Source of the DNA: Amoebidium appalachense | Taxonomy: Eukaryota; Protista; Ichthyosporea | Direction of reading: 5' to 3' | Length of the DNA: 64,000 nt | NCBI GenBank assembly: GCA_963693365.1 | Contig: CAVNZM010000011.1 | Location: forward strand, 2,833,098 to 2,897,097 | Shown: piece after piece, positions 32,378-64,000 of the stretch | Layout: each line of letters opens with the position of its first letter | Numbering within the stretch: position 1 is the stretch's first letter | Position numbers and translations under genes: made by a program | Notes under the pieces: model-generated | What the model saw: the letters and a program-made list of their open reading frames with translations, nothing else | Told to the model about the DNA's origin: nothing | The model's database searches: none

Positions 32378-32980
32378 CTCCTGGTCGAAACCCAAACAAC
32401 CCTCTCATCAACTCTGCATCCCAAGTCAGCTCAATTTCAACTCATCTTCAACTTCATTCAACTCTTTCACACGCAATTGATGCATCAAAAGCGAAACACA
32501 CGTAAAACGAAATAGGACCACCCACCCACCTACCTGACGTTCACGCTCGCGTATTTTATCTCTTATGTGTGGCTGCACAGTAGAAGCAAGGTCTATCTGT
32601 CCACCGTAAGGGGGGGGTAGCTGATTATTCCCCGGCCGAGACACAAAACCATGTGTTGAAGTAACAAGATGTCTCGAAACCCCAGCTTCATTTCCCGGGT
32701 GCTCTGAGCAAAGGTTATTTTCCGCCACCTTTGAGCCATTAATGAGCAAAGAAGCATCGTTTTGGTGTTCTTGTACGGTTTTTGGGACTCCCTTGGCTGC
32801 ACCGTGTCTAGGATTTTCACGGAATGTTGCAAGTTTTGCTGCGTGTGCTGTAGCTGCTGTAACTAGCTCCGCCTCTTTTGATACCCCGACACACAAGGGG
32901 CGTGTGTGTGAGGGTGAAAGCATTTGTTCTCGCTGAGGATCATCGTTACCTTCTGAAACTGATGCATTTGTAAGAGGCAT
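30363..32980 (-). CDS. Paralog C: 8-helix class C GPCR-like membrane protein, ~482 aa, 3 exons (second intron GC-AG)
   Basis: Exons 32980-32534, 32210-31528, 30681-30363 (1449 nt in frame). Motifs STVQPHIRDKIRERERQ, QFRNEPAIKARG, FGSMCGRLRVVEALF, WATRKITNLFCDWYQN, SHQISLLIFLLDSF. Confidence 0.87.
30682..31527 (-). other. GC-AG intron (donor TG|GCGAGT)
   Basis: Lies at the same codon position (DW, phase 2) as the GT-AG introns of paralogs A (TG|GTGAGC) and B (TG|GTGCGT). Confidence 0.8.
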
Positions 32981-33267
32981 CTTTACAACGTAGGCTGATG
33001 CTATGTAGGTTCCCCATTATAGAGGATTGTGAGTTGAATCTTCGTTATCATGTATTGGCTTTTCCCTTAGAACTTCTTTCCAAAGGTTAAAGAGTCACCA
33101 AAAACATAATAAAAGAATAAAATTGGGCTCTCACAAAATCTTATCAAGACACGACCGTTTTCATGAAGCTCTGACAAGGAAGAAGAGCCGCTTTTATCAG
33201 TAGTCTACATCTACGTATACCTGCTTTTATGTCCTAACAGGCTAACAGCCCTAGATTATCGATAGAA

Positions 33268-33275
33268 TGACGTCA
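33268..33275. promoter_or_regulatory. CRE palindrome at the centre of the ~630-bp bidirectional promoter between paralog C and OCRL/INPP5B
   Basis: TGACGTCA ~290 bp from the paralog C ATG and ~330 bp from the OCRL ATG. Confidence 0.45.
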
Positions 33276-33606
33276 TATGTGACACTTTGTGAGCCACTGA
33301 AGTGTAACATTTGAAGCAGCTGCGAGGGACACGGAGAGGGGGGATAGGTTTTGCTTGGAAAGAAAATTGCTTTCACACATCTTTTCACACAACCCCTGCC
33401 CAGGTTATTCTATGCTTTCTACCACCTAAAAAAACCCTATAAAGAACACATTGAAGGTGCCACCCAAGTGCATGCATAGCTATACATGACGCACAGTTTC
33501 TGAGCACTACTATGAGTTCTCCAACTCCGTGCTGATCTGATGTTTTGTGCGGAATGTTGGCAGTAAACTTCACGGGATACAATTTTAGCGTTTTGTGACA
33601 CGAGAA

Positions 33607-55512
<21,906 letters not shown>

Positions 55513-55883
55513 CATGATGTAGCATGATTTAGAGCTTGCTTACTAGAAGAGAAACGTCTTTATTGTAGTGCTCGTGTGTTTCATTTTAGTATGAGAACAT
55601 GGGAGGGAACTTCACAACTGTACATGATGTTTTTAATGAAAGGACATTTTGATTGACCTAGGTCTGGGTAGAGCAAGCGAATGTGTGATCATGTTTTTAA
55701 ATTTTAATTCTGCCGACCGACGGCCTAACGAGAAGATGACATCTGATGGCTGGTTTTCATCCCCGTAATAAATGCCGGCTTTACCCAATCGTAACCCACC
55801 AATGTGCACGTGTGTGCTTGTGTCCGTATACGTAACTGTGTGTGTGTGTGTATGGACGCGTGCGCAGTGTGTGTGTGTGTGTG

Positions 55884-55924
<41 letters not shown>

Positions 55925-56027
55925 TGGAGGTCGAGATGTGTGTGTGTGCACGTGTGTGGGTCACGGTGCGGTGGGTGGGTGGGTGTGGGAATATATACGG
56001 AGGGTTACGCTGGTTACTCAAGGCAGA

Positions 56028-56095
<68 letters not shown>

Positions 56096-56943
56096 TTACA
56101 TACATACATATAGGAACATACGCTGTTTTAAATCGCACTGCCTGCTATACGTATACTGTATATCTTTCAACAACAAATTCACCGTTTTGCTCCCACAACC
56201 ATGCAATCCAGCCTACATGTGCCTCTGATCAAAAGAGCGATCAATTGCAAGGAAAAAAAAAAATCAGAGGGCGCACTGTTGTTGACGCGTGTGAAAGTTG
56301 GGTTTAAATTTCGCATGCCTGCAGCTGCCAGGCTATGAATGGGGTGAATATATACTCCTACTTTTTTGTTTGTTCTATTAAATAGCTATAGCTCATAAGC
56401 GTGTATATGCCGGATGACCATCTCTATAGGTGTGCTTCATGTGCACCTGTATCATATTCTTATATCCATGGGATCCATATGCATGGCGTGTCACCACATT
56501 GACTCAGTGGGCTTAGGGAGTGGCAAGAGCAAAAGTACTGGTGCAATGATCCCATTATGGGTTGAAACGAACGGATTGGCCATGGATCATATGCATCCAA
56601 GCTTTGCATGTATACGTGTGTTGCATTAAGAGTGCTCGCTGCACTCTACTTGAGTTTTTATTGCATGCCGTTAACGTTACACTTTGCAGTTGCATACCCT
56701 TATGTGTCCCGCACCGTACATGAAGTTTTGCTTGGTACCGTGTTCCGCAACCTCCCCCCCCCCCCCCCCCCCCCCCCCATACATAGGCACGCACACGACA
56801 CCACCACCTGGCCCACCCAAAAAAATCCTTCTCCCTAACGTAAACCCCGTCGTTGCCGCCCCACCTTTAAGATACCCGCTCTGGCCCCCACACCCCTGCG
56901 TGTCATCCAAGTTGAACACCCCCCCCCCCCCCCCCCCCCCCCC

Positions 56944-57011
<68 letters not shown>

Positions 57012-57063
57012 CGGGGACAGGCACCTGCCTGCCCGCCCCAACCACCCACACCCACAAATACAC

Positions 57064-57102
<39 letters not shown>

Positions 57103-57767
57103 GTGACACACACACACCCACACACACACACACACACATTGCCCATAACTCCTGGCCCACGGATATAGCAATATATGGTAAGTGGAATCCATCTGCATCC
57201 TTTATTCTTCTCCTGAACGATGCCTATGACATAAAACAAGTGTTCCTAAAGAATGGCTGTTGCGTATTCCGTTACAAAGTGCTGACGTGGAAACCTAATA
57301 TGACTGGCACATATCTCTATTCTGATTACATTACATCCATTTCGTCAATCGTAGTACATATATATGAACTGCGGCTACAAAAACACAGTAGTACTAATAT
57401 ATAGATATGTTTAATATTCAGACATCCATATCTATGACCTCGTTTAGTAAATAGTATGCATACGGTCATATAGCCTCCGTCAAGGCACAATGCACGTGTC
57501 ACGATACCCGCTACATCGCATTGTTTGTCAGAAACCCTTCAATAAGTAACACGATACACCCAAGTCCCTTAGTACTTACGCGTCTATTCTCACGTGCATC
57601 GTACTGTATCGAGCCCGGAAATCTAAGGTCGATATCACATGTGCACACATACACATGCACACGCACGTGCACACACGCATCCACAGGTGTATACATACGT
57701 GCTCACACACGTGCTCACACACGTGCTCACACACGTGCACGCATTACTGCAGCATATTTTTTGTTTT

Positions 57768-64000
<6,233 letters not shown>

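Overview
Eukaryotic genomic DNA, very rich in introns and saturated with (CA)n, (CT)n and poly-C/poly-G tracts, so most entries in the ORF track are low-complexity artefacts. An SH3-SH2-tyrosine-kinase-type gene together with minor-spliceosome introns suggests a holozoan, probably unicellular (inference). Manual exon reconstruction gives five things. (1) A tRNA-Thr(AGT). (2) Three paralogous 3-exon genes for ~420-480 aa membrane proteins with class C (7tm_3) GPCR-like loop motifs, an extra eighth N-terminal helix and no ligand-binding ectodomain. (3) Between the first two paralogs, an ~840 aa SH3-SH2-tyrosine pseudokinase (DFG replaced by GFR) carrying seven RPLPxxP-type SH3-ligand motifs. (4) A ~25-exon OCRL/INPP5B inositol 5-phosphatase gene that appears to contain three U12-type AT-AC introns. 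(5) The 3' part of MSH2 on the minus strand. Other signals: a GC-AG intron at a position that is GT-AG in the paralogs, duplications spanning splice donors, a branch-point-containing minisatellite, CRE palindromes upstream of all three receptor-like genes, and a family of short dispersed elements ending in poly-C. All gene models are manual and lack transcript support.
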